Source: Lachnospiraceae bacterium
GTDB lineage: Bacteria; Bacillota; Clostridia; Lachnospirales; Lachnospiraceae
Assembly: GCA_045130475.1 (NCBI GenBank)
Contig: JBGUPU010000017.1
Coordinates: 26,635-90,634, forward strand
Length of the DNA: 64,000 nt
Direction of reading: 5' to 3'
Shown here: in pieces, positions 29,354 to 38,689 of the stretch
Layout of the letters: every line of letters starts with the position of its first letter
How positions within the stretch are numbered: position 1 is the stretch's first letter
Notes under the pieces: model-generated
What the model was told of the DNA's origin: nothing
What the model saw: only the letters and a program-made list of their open reading frames with translations
Databases searched by the model: none
Program-made: the position numbers and the translations under genes

Positions 29354-30976
29354 TCAAAACTGCGCATAAATAAACGAAGACAAAGTAAAGCCGGGACCGT
29401 ACATGCCGAAAACAATGATCGCCGCAATTGCAGTCAGGTACACGATCCAGCGGAAAGGGAATTGCTGTGCGGCAATGATTCCCCGGACTGTCTGCCCTCT
29501 CTCATTGATGATGTCCACTGCCGCAACCAGCAGGATCATCAGCAGCATAAGCCCGAAATTGCGCTCGTCAACGCCCAGGTCATAGAGACTTCCGTCGAAG
29601 AAGATCCACGGGTTAAAGGAAGAGAACGTCGCCTTCAGAGCCCGCAAAACAGCTCCCATGTCCGGCACTACGTCAACATAGCGGCCTATGGAAAGGATCG
29701 TCAGCGTGCGGACCATCTGGAAAAGCTTCCAGCCCGCAGCTTCCTCCCGGACGCGGCAGATCCTCCGAAGATACGCGTAGGGTTTCTCAAAAAGCGTCTC
29801 CGTGGAGACAAAGACAGCCTGGTAGAGGCCGTAGCAGACGAATTTCCAGCTGGCACCGTGCCAGATACCAACCAGGACGAAGACGATAAAGGACGCCAGG
29901 AAGGAAGGGAATACCTTGCCGAAATAGGGGCTGACTCTCTTTTTCAGGGCCTTCTGCATCTTTGCAAAGGGTTTTGAGAGGGCGATCGGATAAAAGACAT
30001 AGTCTTTCATCCAGCTGCCCAGAGAGATATGCCATCTCTGCCAGAACTCGGAAACACTCCGGGACATATAGGGCTGCCGGAAGTTTTCCTTAAGATTCAC
30101 GCCGAACATCCGGGATGCGCCGAAGACGATGTCCATGCCGCCGGAAAAATCACAGTAAAGCTGCATACTGTACAGAAGGATGCCCACGATCATGGTGAAA
30201 CCGGCATAGCGGCTGGTGTCGAAGTTTCCGAACACTTCATTGACGATGATGGCGGCGCGGTCCGCGATGATCATCTTTTTGAAAAAGCCCCACAGCATGC
30301 GGAGAATGCCATCCCGGAAATTCATCTCGTCAAATTTGTGCGGCTCATAGAGCTGACGGCCCAGATCATCAAAGCGGTTGATCGGTCCCTGAAGGACAGA
30401 GGGGAAATAGGTCGTAAACAATGCCAGACGAAAGATGCTGCGCTCGGCGCCGTATTTTCCCCGATAGACATCGATCAGATATCCCATGGTCTGGAATGTA
30501 TAAAATGAAAGGCCCAGAGGAAGCAGGAAGCTGACTTCCGGAAGGCGCCCCGAAGCATGGAAGCCCTCCAGCAGACCATTCATATTAGCGGTGAGGAAAT
30601 TGCCGTATTTGAGGACGATCAGGATACCGAAATTGATCAGAAGGACCAGTACCAGGACCCTCTTCTTTTTCTTCTGTCCGGCGGCCTTGACAGCCCTTTT
30701 TTCCTCGCGGGAAAGCCTGACCGCCTTTTCCCCTTTTCCCCTGCCTTTGAGCTGCCTGTTCACCTGCCTCTGGATGTTGTCGATGGCCACTGCGCCTGCA
30801 AAAGTCGTCACGATCGTGACCAGCACATAGATACAGGCCTTGAAACCACCGCCCGCAAAATAATACCAGGCGCTGGAGACCAGAAGGACCATCCATTTAA
30901 ATCTGTCGGGCACAAGATAGTAGACTGCCAGCGAAACTGTAAGAAACAGAATAAACTGCCATGAAAAAAAAGCCAT
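29354..30976 (-). CDS. MBOAT O-acyltransferase (DltB/AlgI-like)
   Basis: PLGLSFYTFQ, YCDFSG, FWQRWHISLGSW and LVGIWHGA (catalytic His) motifs. Confidence 0.93.
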   Translation of the reverse strand: MAFFSWQFILFLTVSLAVYYLVPDRFKWMVLLVSSAWYYFAGGGFKACIYVLVTIVTTFAGAVAIDNIQRQVNRQLKGRGKGEKAVRLSREEKRAVKAAGQKKKKRVLVLVLLINFGILIVLKYGNFLTANMNGLLEGFHASGRLPEVSFLLPLGLSFYTFQTMGYLIDVYRGKYGAERSIFRLALFTTYFPSVLQGPINRFDDLGRQLYEPHKFDEMNFRDGILRMLWGFFKKMIIADRAAIIVNEVFGNFDTSRYAGFTMIVGILLYSMQLYCDFSGGMDIVFGASRMFGVNLKENFRQPYMSRSVSEFWQRWHISLGSWMKDYVFYPIALSKPFAKMQKALKKRVSPYFGKVFPSFLASFIVFVLVGIWHGASWKFVCYGLYQAVFVSTETLFEKPYAYLRRICRVREEAAGWKLFQMVRTLTILSIGRYVDVVPDMGAVLRALKATFSSFNPWIFFDGSLYDLGVDERNFGLMLLMILLVAAVDIINERGQTVRGIIAAQQFPFRWIVYLTAIAAIIVFGMYGPGFTLSSFIYAQF

Positions 30977-30994
30977 GCGAACCTCCCGCTGCCG

Positions 30995-32542
30995 TCATTG
31001 ATAGTCGTGTGTACAGCCAAATTCGCTGCTGTTGATATCTATCCAGCAGGAATCCATCAGCTCACCGGTCGACTTGTCAAAAACCGCAAAATGCAGACCG
31101 CGGTTGTCAGAGGTGTATTCCAGTGCGTTGACTTTGATCGAGGCATCGCTCAGGATCCTTCCTGTTTCTTCCTCGACCCTTCCGCTTGAGACCGTGTAGT
31201 GCAGATCGCCGGCAGTCCCCTCATAGGAATCGGCTGCGTCCTCCTCTCCCGGCACAGTCTCGTACAGGATCTCGCCGCCATCGATCACAGCGAGCCAGGA
31301 GCGGTTCTCCAGCCTGCTCAGATCCTGTCGGATGCCAAAGCTCTGTATGACAGAGGCTGTGTCCTGCGTGAGGATGGAATTATCAACCTTCCCGTTCAGG
31401 GTGATCAGGACCAGGGCGTCTTCCACAGGACTTCCTTCCGACTGACAGGCATCGCTCCTGAGCGTAGCTGCGTAGTCCTGCAGATGCTGCGCCGTGCGCA
31501 GAGAGTCGCGCATCCTGTTGACAGGATATCTCTTCAGGTCCCGGTCGATCACATCATAGGCGCTGCCGCCTCCTCTTCTGTCAGGCAGATCATAGTGCTC
31601 CTTCATGTATTTCCCCAGAAGAGAGGTGAAACGGGCTGCGCCCCAGCGGTTGAGGTGCTCGCCGTCCATGGCATCTGTCTGAAGGTCAAATCCCAGTTTT
31701 TTCCATTCGGCAAAATAATCGAGATAAGGAATATTGTTTTTTGCGGCGAATATTCCAAGCTCGCGGGAGGCTGTCCAGCGATGATTATATCCGGTCTGGC
31801 TGAAGAACTTGTTTTGGCCCAGAGCCGGAATATTGATGAGCAGAAGCTCTGTGTTGTTTTCCCTGCACAGATCGATGGTCTTCTGCAGATAATTGACGGA
31901 AGATTCGGGCAGGACTGCGCCCTCTACTTTTTGCGGGTCTTCAAAAGGAATGAGGCTTTCCACACGGCTGGTCACCTTGCAGCCATACACCAGTTCCTTG
32001 GCCTGGGGCAGTGCGTCCTGATAAGTCACTTCCTGCCATCTGCTGTGATAGGCGATCAGCGGGAACAGGATGGGGTTGAGGTCCTCTCCCTCTTGGGCAA
32101 GTTCTCTGATCATCGCGATCCGGTTTTTGCGGAAGTAGGGCATGGTATCCGTAATGTAGTGGATATACTCTGATTTCATCGTCTCCTGATCGGCCCATGC
32201 CAGGTTGCAGTCTATGACGATCAGGTCGGGATGATCCTTTTCGATCGACTCCCTGGCCAGGCAGTAGGAGGCCTCGATGGACTGATTGCTCGTAGCCAGG
32301 TTATAGGAGGCAATTCCGAAATCCCGGTAGAGTTCCATCGGGTAGATCGCATAAAGAGCAAAGGAAGACCCCAGGAAGGTCACGTCAAAGGTATCGTCCG
32401 GATAGTCATAATATCGGCCGCACAGATTGTCCTCCTGCACCAGCTTCAGGGCACTGTCCAGACGCATTACCATCGCGGCAAGGAGCGCAAGAAATACGAC
32501 AGCTCCGACAGCGCGCTTGAGCCATGTTTTCAGGTTCGCCAT
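30995..32542 (-). CDS. SGNH-hydrolase-like (DltD/AlgJ-type) extracytoplasmic protein with C-terminal ILEI-like domain
   Basis: N-terminal anchor, GSS and DGEH catalytic motifs; C-terminal RSWLAVIDGG and RGLHFAVFDKSTGE. Confidence 0.7.
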   Translation of the reverse strand: MANLKTWLKRAVGAVVFLALLAAMVMRLDSALKLVQEDNLCGRYYDYPDDTFDVTFLGSSFALYAIYPMELYRDFGIASYNLATSNQSIEASYCLARESIEKDHPDLIVIDCNLAWADQETMKSEYIHYITDTMPYFRKNRIAMIRELAQEGEDLNPILFPLIAYHSRWQEVTYQDALPQAKELVYGCKVTSRVESLIPFEDPQKVEGAVLPESSVNYLQKTIDLCRENNTELLLINIPALGQNKFFSQTGYNHRWTASRELGIFAAKNNIPYLDYFAEWKKLGFDLQTDAMDGEHLNRWGAARFTSLLGKYMKEHYDLPDRRGGGSAYDVIDRDLKRYPVNRMRDSLRTAQHLQDYAATLRSDACQSEGSPVEDALVLITLNGKVDNSILTQDTASVIQSFGIRQDLSRLENRSWLAVIDGGEILYETVPGEEDAADSYEGTAGDLHYTVSSGRVEEETGRILSDASIKVNALEYTSDNRGLHFAVFDKSTGELMDSCWIDINSSEFGCTHDYQ

Positions 32543-32756
32543 CTATCCTCCTTTTCGGAACCGCGGAAACACCCGGGATCCGGAAAAATCTCACATAATG
32601 ATCAGCCCTGTTCTGTATGTCTTTAGTTGTTTACACGAAGCCAAAAAACGCACAGAGCCATCCAAAAGTTTACAGTCTCAAAAATGCCTTTTCAATCCTT
32701 TACCCGTATTTTATCAGAATTTTCATAAAAACAGGAAAGCGATCTCTATGGTTAAC

Positions 32757-32789
32757 AAAAAAGAGCTCCTGCCTTTCGGCAGAAGCTCC
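32757..32789 (-). terminator. Intrinsic terminator of galE
   Basis: gagct-ctgcc-tttc-ggcag-agctc stem with an A-run on plus (T-run on minus). Confidence 0.7.
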
Positions 32790-32816
32790 AGCATTCATTA
32801 ATGTATTCAATTGTAT

Positions 32817-33845
32817 TCAGCTTTCCACGTATCCGTCAGGATTTTGGGACTGCCATCTCCATGCGTCCGTGCACATATCCTGCAGATTCTTCTCTGCAGA
32901 CCAGCCGAGGATCTCCTTTGCCTTGGAAGGGTCGGAATAGCAGGTCGCGATGTCGCCGGGGCGGCGGGGATCGATGACATAGGGAAGTTCTTTCCCGCAG
33001 GCCTCGGAGAAGGCACGGATGATATCAAGGACGCTGTAGCCGATGCCTGTGCCGAGGTTGAAGACGTTGACACCCTCCAGCTTCTGCAGGCCCTCGATGG
33101 CCTTCACATGGCCCCTGGCCAGATCGACGACATGGATATAATCGCGGACGCCGGTGCCGTCAGGTGTGTCGTAGTCATTGCCGAACACATGGACCATCTC
33201 CAGCTTGCCGGAAGCGACCTGGGCGACATAGGGCAGCAGGTTGTTGGGGATGCCCTTGGGGTCCTCTCCGATGAGGCCGCTCACATGGGCGCCGATCGGA
33301 TTGAAATAACGCAGCAGCATGACGCGCCACTCATTGTCCGCGCGCCAGATATCGGTCAGGATGCGCTCCTGCATGGATTTTGTCTCTCCATAGGGATTGG
33401 TTGTAATGCCCTTGGGGCACTCCTCGGTGATCGGCACGAAGGCGGGATCGCCGTAGACCGTCGCGGACGAGGAAAAGACGATCTTCTTGCAGCCGTGGTT
33501 TCTCATCACATCGCAGAGAGTCAGTGTAGAATCCAGATTGTTGCGATAGTATTCGATCGGCATACGGGTGGATTCTCCGACTGCCTTGTAGCCCGCGAAA
33601 TGGATCACGGCCTCGATCTGCTCCTTCTCAAAGATGGCCTCGAGTCCCGCGCGGTCACAAATGTCCTGTTTATAGAACTTCGGGCGTTTTCCAGTAATGG
33701 TCTCAATGCGGTCAACGACCATCTCCTTGGCATTATAGAGATTATCCGCGATCACCACCTCATATCCTGCATCCAGAAGCTCTACTACTGTGTGGCTTCC
33801 GATAAATCCAGCTCCGCCTGTCACAAGAATTGCCATTTTATCCAT
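32817..33845 (-). CDS. galE: UDP-glucose 4-epimerase
   Basis: GGAGFIGSH, FSSSATVYG, YGETK and LRYFNPIGAH motifs. Confidence 0.97.
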   Translation of the reverse strand: MDKMAILVTGGAGFIGSHTVVELLDAGYEVVIADNLYNAKEMVVDRIETITGKRPKFYKQDICDRAGLEAIFEKEQIEAVIHFAGYKAVGESTRMPIEYYRNNLDSTLTLCDVMRNHGCKKIVFSSSATVYGDPAFVPITEECPKGITTNPYGETKSMQERILTDIWRADNEWRVMLLRYFNPIGAHVSGLIGEDPKGIPNNLLPYVAQVASGKLEMVHVFGNDYDTPDGTGVRDYIHVVDLARGHVKAIEGLQKLEGVNVFNLGTGIGYSVLDIIRAFSEACGKELPYVIDPRRPGDIATCYSDPSKAKEILGWSAEKNLQDMCTDAWRWQSQNPDGYVES

Positions 33846-33995
33846 CCGGGCGCTTCTCCCGCTCCTGCATCCTTTTCCTTTTTCTTGACTGCGTTCTCAA
33901 AAAAGGCTTCAGCATTTACAGGTCAGCTGCCTCTCTCCTTTCCATATTATCCGTGTTCAAACACATCATTTCATGATCCTGTTATGCTTCATAGT

Positions 33996-35756
33996 CTACA
34001 CTGTTTCCGCAAAATGTTCAAACTGAATATGTCCCTCCGGCGTGTCCGCAAATACGGCGCAGTGCTCGAGCACCCTGGCAAATACCAGACCGATTTCCTC
34101 CTCGATGATGCGGTCCAGCTTTGCGCGCAGGCCGGCGCGCAGTTCTTCGTCCTGCACTGCCGCGATCCTGTCCGGTGCAAAGTCGGGATATCTGTTCAGG
34201 AAGGCCCGTGCCCATTGAGCATGGGGTGCAGTCTGTGCATTGTCCAGAAGATCCTGGAAATCCCTGCCCTCCATGATCATTGCAGCGAGAGTATCCATCT
34301 CGGACAGAAGACGGGCCGGAAGGACGGCCAGGCCCATGACCTCGATCAGACCGATGTTTTCCTTTTTAATATGGTGCAGTTCCTGATGGGGATGGAAAAT
34401 GCCAAGCGGATACTCCTGCGTTGTTCGGTTGTTCCTCAGGACCAGATCCAGCTCGTAGACAAGATCGCTTCCATCCTCAGCCGGTGTCCCGGGAACCCGG
34501 ATCCCGCAGGCTGCGGCATCGCGCATTCTGGCAATGGGCGTGATCGTATTGTGCGGCGTGCCCTCTGTAAAAGCGAAGACACCGGCGGACTCATCCGAAT
34601 ATCCTCTCCAGGCAGTAAGGATCCTGTCCGCAAGCTCCACAAGCCTCTCGGGATCTCTGCCGTCCAGTCGGATGACGGACATGGGCCAGTCCACAATTCC
34701 TGCGGCGATATCGGGAAAACCTTCAAAGCGCAGCTGCTCTCTGCAGCCCGCCTTTGCCATCGCAAATGTATAATTGCCGCCCTGATAATGCTCATGGGTC
34801 AGGATCGATCCGCCGACAATAGGCAGATCTGCATTGGAACCGATGGTGTAATGCGGGAAGATCTTCAAAAACTGCAGGAGCCGTTCAAAGGTGGCGCGCT
34901 CGATCTTCATGGGGCGATGCTCGCCGGAGAGCACGATGCAGTGTTCATTATAATAAACATAGGGAGAATACTGCATATACCACTGCTCTCCCGCCAGAGA
35001 CAGGGGGATCAGGCGGATATTCTGCCTGGCCGGATGGTCCAGACGCCCTGCATAGCCGACATTCTGAGTGCAGAGCAGGCACCTGGGATACTTGTCTCCC
35101 TGCTTTCCCGTCAGGGCCGCAGCGATCGCTTTGGGATCCTTCTCGGGTTTGGAGAGATTGATCGTGATGTCAAGATCCCCATAGCGGGTAGGCGCGATCC
35201 ACTTTTTATCTTTTACGATGCGGTAGCGCCGGATATAGTCGACATCCTGGCTCAGCTTATAAAAATAGTCTGTCGCCAGGCGGGGAGACTTGCGGTATCT
35301 GGCGGCCATGACCCGGATCACCTCACAAGGGCGGGGAGTCAGACAGCCCATGATCCTGGTGTCAAAGAGGTCCCTGCTGGCAATCCCTCCGTCAATGATC
35401 CCCCGCTCTGCGGCGTCATCCAGAAGGACCTGCAGGATTGCGGAGAGCTCCGCACCGTCCTCCTCTTTCCGGCCTGCGGCGGCCGGACTGTCCGCATTGG
35501 CCGCATCGGAATCGGTCTCCCGGCTCTGTAGATCGGCGGCAGCCAGAAAATCCTCTGCCGGGCCCTGTTCCAGGGGCATGTATTCCCCGGGCGGATCGAT
35601 CTGCATCAGATCAAAAATACTGTTAGCGGTAAAGACCGCATCGTCTGCAGTGATGAGGCCTCTCTTCATACCATAGTGAACCAGGGCGGTCACAGCCGCC
35701 GCGGCTCCGCTTTCTCTATCCATCTTTTCCATAATTGTGCAGCTGTTTCCAGACAT
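33996..35756 (-). CDS. galT: Galactose-1-phosphate uridylyltransferase (Firmicute type)
   Basis: ITINLSKPEKDPK, YSPYVYYNEHCI, GSNADLPIVGGSILTHEHYQGG and HIKKENIGLIEVMG motifs. Confidence 0.95.
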   Translation of the reverse strand: MSGNSCTIMEKMDRESGAAAAVTALVHYGMKRGLITADDAVFTANSIFDLMQIDPPGEYMPLEQGPAEDFLAAADLQSRETDSDAANADSPAAAGRKEEDGAELSAILQVLLDDAAERGIIDGGIASRDLFDTRIMGCLTPRPCEVIRVMAARYRKSPRLATDYFYKLSQDVDYIRRYRIVKDKKWIAPTRYGDLDITINLSKPEKDPKAIAAALTGKQGDKYPRCLLCTQNVGYAGRLDHPARQNIRLIPLSLAGEQWYMQYSPYVYYNEHCIVLSGEHRPMKIERATFERLLQFLKIFPHYTIGSNADLPIVGGSILTHEHYQGGNYTFAMAKAGCREQLRFEGFPDIAAGIVDWPMSVIRLDGRDPERLVELADRILTAWRGYSDESAGVFAFTEGTPHNTITPIARMRDAAACGIRVPGTPAEDGSDLVYELDLVLRNNRTTQEYPLGIFHPHQELHHIKKENIGLIEVMGLAVLPARLLSEMDTLAAMIMEGRDFQDLLDNAQTAPHAQWARAFLNRYPDFAPDRIAAVQDEELRAGLRAKLDRIIEEEIGLVFARVLEHCAVFADTPEGHIQFEHFAETV

Positions 35757-35988
35757 CCCATCCTCCTGTTTTCACCCGATTCAGTTATTCTGTCTCTGTT
35801 CCGGTCCCCCCATACAGCTGCCGCCTGCGCGCAGCTGTCATTCAGGATTCTCTATGTTTTTATTGTGCAATTGCCTCTTTTAAAAGACAATGAACAAAAG
35901 TATCCGATATATGTATATTTGTAACAACTTATATTTCCGGTACAAAAAAAATGCACAAAAAAATCACAGATGGTTTCTGCCCAACTGC

Positions 35989-36017
35989 TTGACAAATCCA
36001 CTTTCTTTCCATATTAT
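35989..36017 (+). promoter_or_regulatory. Sigma-70 promoter for the PTS EIIC-like gene
   Basis: TTGACA-17 bp-TATTAT. Confidence 0.7.
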
Positions 36018-36134
36018 TGACAGCGACACGACAGCTGACAAGACAGCTGTTTTTGCAACCTGTAAATCGATAATCATTCCGGTGGAGAAACTTACAGGCT
36101 GTTTTATTCAATCGAAAGGAAAAGGAATTAAGAA

Positions 36135-37196
36135 ATGGCAAAAAAGAAGCAGGGTTTCCTCGCCCGCAAAAATGTCGTGATTTCTGCGAGGCGCTATGGA
36201 ATTGACGCTCTCGGTGCTATGGCGCAGGGTCTCTTTGCGTCCCTCCTGATCGGTACAATCCTGAACACAATAGGCACACAGCTGGGAATCGAGGCCATAG
36301 TCAATGTCGGCAAATACGCTTCGTCCATGAGCGGCCCCGCCATGGCAGTCGCAATCGGATTTGCCCTGCAGGCGCCCCCGCTGGTGCTCTTCTCACTGGC
36401 TACAGTCGGTGCAGCAGCAAACGAACTGGGCGGCGCGGGCGGTCCTCTGTCCGTTCTGATCATTGCCATCATCGCCGCTGAGCTGGGCAAGATCGTCTCC
36501 AAAGAGACCAAGGTCGATATTCTGGTCACTCCCCTTGTGACGATCCTCTCCGGCGTAGGGCTCGCGGCTCTGATCGCTCCCGCCATCGGCAAGGCAGCTT
36601 CCAGCGTCGGCGCGATCATCATGTGGGCGACCAACCAGCAGCCCTTCCTCATGGGCATCCTGGTTTCCGTCATTGTCGGAATCGCCCTGACACTGCCCAT
36701 CTCTTCTGCAGCCATCTGCGCGGCACTCAGCCTGACCGGCCTTGCCGGCGGAGCCGCTGTCGCCGGGTGCTGTGCACAGATGATCGGCTTTGCCTTCATG
36801 TCCTTTAAGGAAAACAAATGGGGCGGCCTTGTTTCCCAGGGTATCGGCACCTCCATGCTGCAGATGGGAAACATCGTCCGCAATCCCCTGATCTGGATTC
36901 CTCCCATCATAACCTCTGCCATCACAGGCCCCATTGCCACCTGCCTCTTCAAGATGCAGATGAACGGCGCACCCGTCGCCTCCGGCATGGGTACATGCGG
37001 ACTTGTCGGACAGATCGGTGTCTACACCGGCTGGGTCAATGACATTGCCGCCGGCACCAAGGCCGCCATTACTGCCGGGGACTGGATCGGGCTCATCCTG
37101 ATCTGCTTCGTCCTCCCCGCAGTCCTCACTCCCCTGATCGCCATCCCCTTCCGCAAATCCGGACTGATCAAGGACGGCGACCTCAAGCTCGACTGA
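36135..37196 (+). CDS. PTS EIIC_2-type (PfoR-like) membrane protein
   Basis: MAQGLFASLLIG, LTLPISSAA, GTSMLQMGNI and SGMGTCGLVG motifs; about 10 TM helices. Confidence 0.8.
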   Translation: MAKKKQGFLARKNVVISARRYGIDALGAMAQGLFASLLIGTILNTIGTQLGIEAIVNVGKYASSMSGPAMAVAIGFALQAPPLVLFSLATVGAAANELGGAGGPLSVLIIAIIAAELGKIVSKETKVDILVTPLVTILSGVGLAALIAPAIGKAASSVGAIIMWATNQQPFLMGILVSVIVGIALTLPISSAAICAALSLTGLAGGAAVAGCCAQMIGFAFMSFKENKWGGLVSQGIGTSMLQMGNIVRNPLIWIPPIITSAITGPIATCLFKMQMNGAPVASGMGTCGLVGQIGVYTGWVNDIAAGTKAAITAGDWIGLILICFVLPAVLTPLIAIPFRKSGLIKDGDLKLD

Positions 37197-37254
37197 TAAT
37201 CAATAAGACATATCTGCACTTTCTCATGAATTCATTAAAATGTGTAAACAACCC

Positions 37255-37299
37255 AAAAGCCTCCTCTGCAGCGATCTGCAGAGGAGGCTTTCTTTTTTT
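37255..37299. terminator. Bidirectional intrinsic terminator
   Basis: aaagcctcctctgcag-cgat-ctgcagaggaggcttt. Confidence 0.9.
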
Positions 37300-37371
37300 A
37301 TTCATGACTCGCAGGCGAGTCTTATATTCTATAGTGCATGATTTCTATAGTGCATGAGTGCATGGATATAA

Positions 37372-38331
37372 TTATTCTTCAAGTGCCCGGAGCTGGCCGG
37401 CAGCCTCTTCAAGGGACTGACCGAAGCGGCCGTACTGCTGGACCAGTTCCTGCATGGTGCTTCGCACACGGGCGGCAGCCTGCAGGCGTGCATTCTCCTG
37501 CTCCTGCAGGAGGGTGAGGTCCTCGCGGGTCTTCTCCAGTTCATCGCGGGCATTCTGTGTCTGCTGACGGTACTGCTCCGTATCGGCGGCCAGCTTGTCC
37601 GCGAAACTCTTCTCCACGGCGGCCAGCTTCTTTTTGACGTTCTCGCCGTTCTGACGAGCGGTATCCAGCTGTGCTTTGAGCTTTTTGTTTTCTTCCGCAG
37701 TCGTGTTCAGGGATTTCTGAAGAGCATTTACCTCCGCTTTTGCCTCCGCAAGCTGCTGCTCAAGGCCGGACCTGGTCCTGGTCAGTTCCCCCTGCATGGT
37801 CTCCCGTGTCTGCGCGAGCTCTTTGCGGAAGCGCTCCACCGCCTTGTCCGACTCCGCCTTGCTCCTGCGGAGGGCTGCAAGCTCCTCTGTCAGCTTATCG
37901 GCGCGGCTCTTCTCAGCGCCGAAACGCTTGGCAGCGGAATTCTCTGCTGCGGCTGCCCGCTGGGCCTGATCGCGCAGACCCGCTGCATCTGTTTCCAGCG
38001 CACTGATCCTGGATGCAGACTGCTGCACGGCTCCCTGCATCTCGTCCAGCTCCTGCAGGGCACGGTCGCGGTGCGATTCCAGCTCCTGCACCTGCCCCTC
38101 CAGCTCTTTCACACGGCTTTTTTCCTTAAAATAATCATCCGCCAGGTTGAGCTGCAGCATTACATTCCGCATATCATTCGGCAGTTTCCAGTAAGCTGCG
38201 TCATCCGAAAAGTTTTTCAGTTTCTCATTCAGATAAGAGGCGACTTCGCGCAGATATGCCTCGCTCTCCACGCCGCTGAGTGTGAGAGTCTTGCCTCCGA
38301 TCGTAATATCAATATCATTTTTTGCTGCCAT
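37372..38331 (-). CDS. zapA: Cell division protein ZapA with long C-terminal coiled coil
   Basis: ITIGGKTLTLSGVESEAYLREVASYLNEK and LNLADDYFK motifs. ATG 38331 follows GGAGGA. Confidence 0.75.
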   Translation of the reverse strand: MAAKNDIDITIGGKTLTLSGVESEAYLREVASYLNEKLKNFSDDAAYWKLPNDMRNVMLQLNLADDYFKEKSRVKELEGQVQELESHRDRALQELDEMQGAVQQSASRISALETDAAGLRDQAQRAAAAENSAAKRFGAEKSRADKLTEELAALRRSKAESDKAVERFRKELAQTRETMQGELTRTRSGLEQQLAEAKAEVNALQKSLNTTAEENKKLKAQLDTARQNGENVKKKLAAVEKSFADKLAADTEQYRQQTQNARDELEKTREDLTLLQEQENARLQAAARVRSTMQELVQQYGRFGQSLEEAAGQLRALEE

Positions 38332-38689
38332 AGAGCGTGTCCTCCCGGAATCCATAGTGCCATCGGCTGCCGCCGCTGCGAAAGCGGGTATGCCGCAACT
38401 ATTGTAACACACCTCGGACCACTTTCACAGACTGTTTTAGAGGGCCGGTTTACTTCAGTGACAGGAAAAAAAGCGTTGGACAGGCGCATTGAATTAACAT
38501 AAAGATAACATGTGCGCCCCTTTTTTTCATTGACGCTCAATCCTCTTGCTGTTATTTTAGAAGATGGTTTTTTATAATTTTTACATGAACCATACTTTAT
38601 AATAGTTTCGTTTTACAAAAAAGATTATAAAAGAACAGAGCGGTATCTTCCGTTTACAGCCGGAATAATCACGGCATAAAGGAGAAATT

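Noticed and set aside
32811-35531. 906-aa plus-strand ORF, and similar long ORFs such as 3212-4762, 13988-15493, 15617-16681 and 46272-47630
   Set aside because: They are antisense shadows of clear genes (galE/galT, glgA, activase, thiC), have no recognisable motifs or RBS, and are expected from codon bias.
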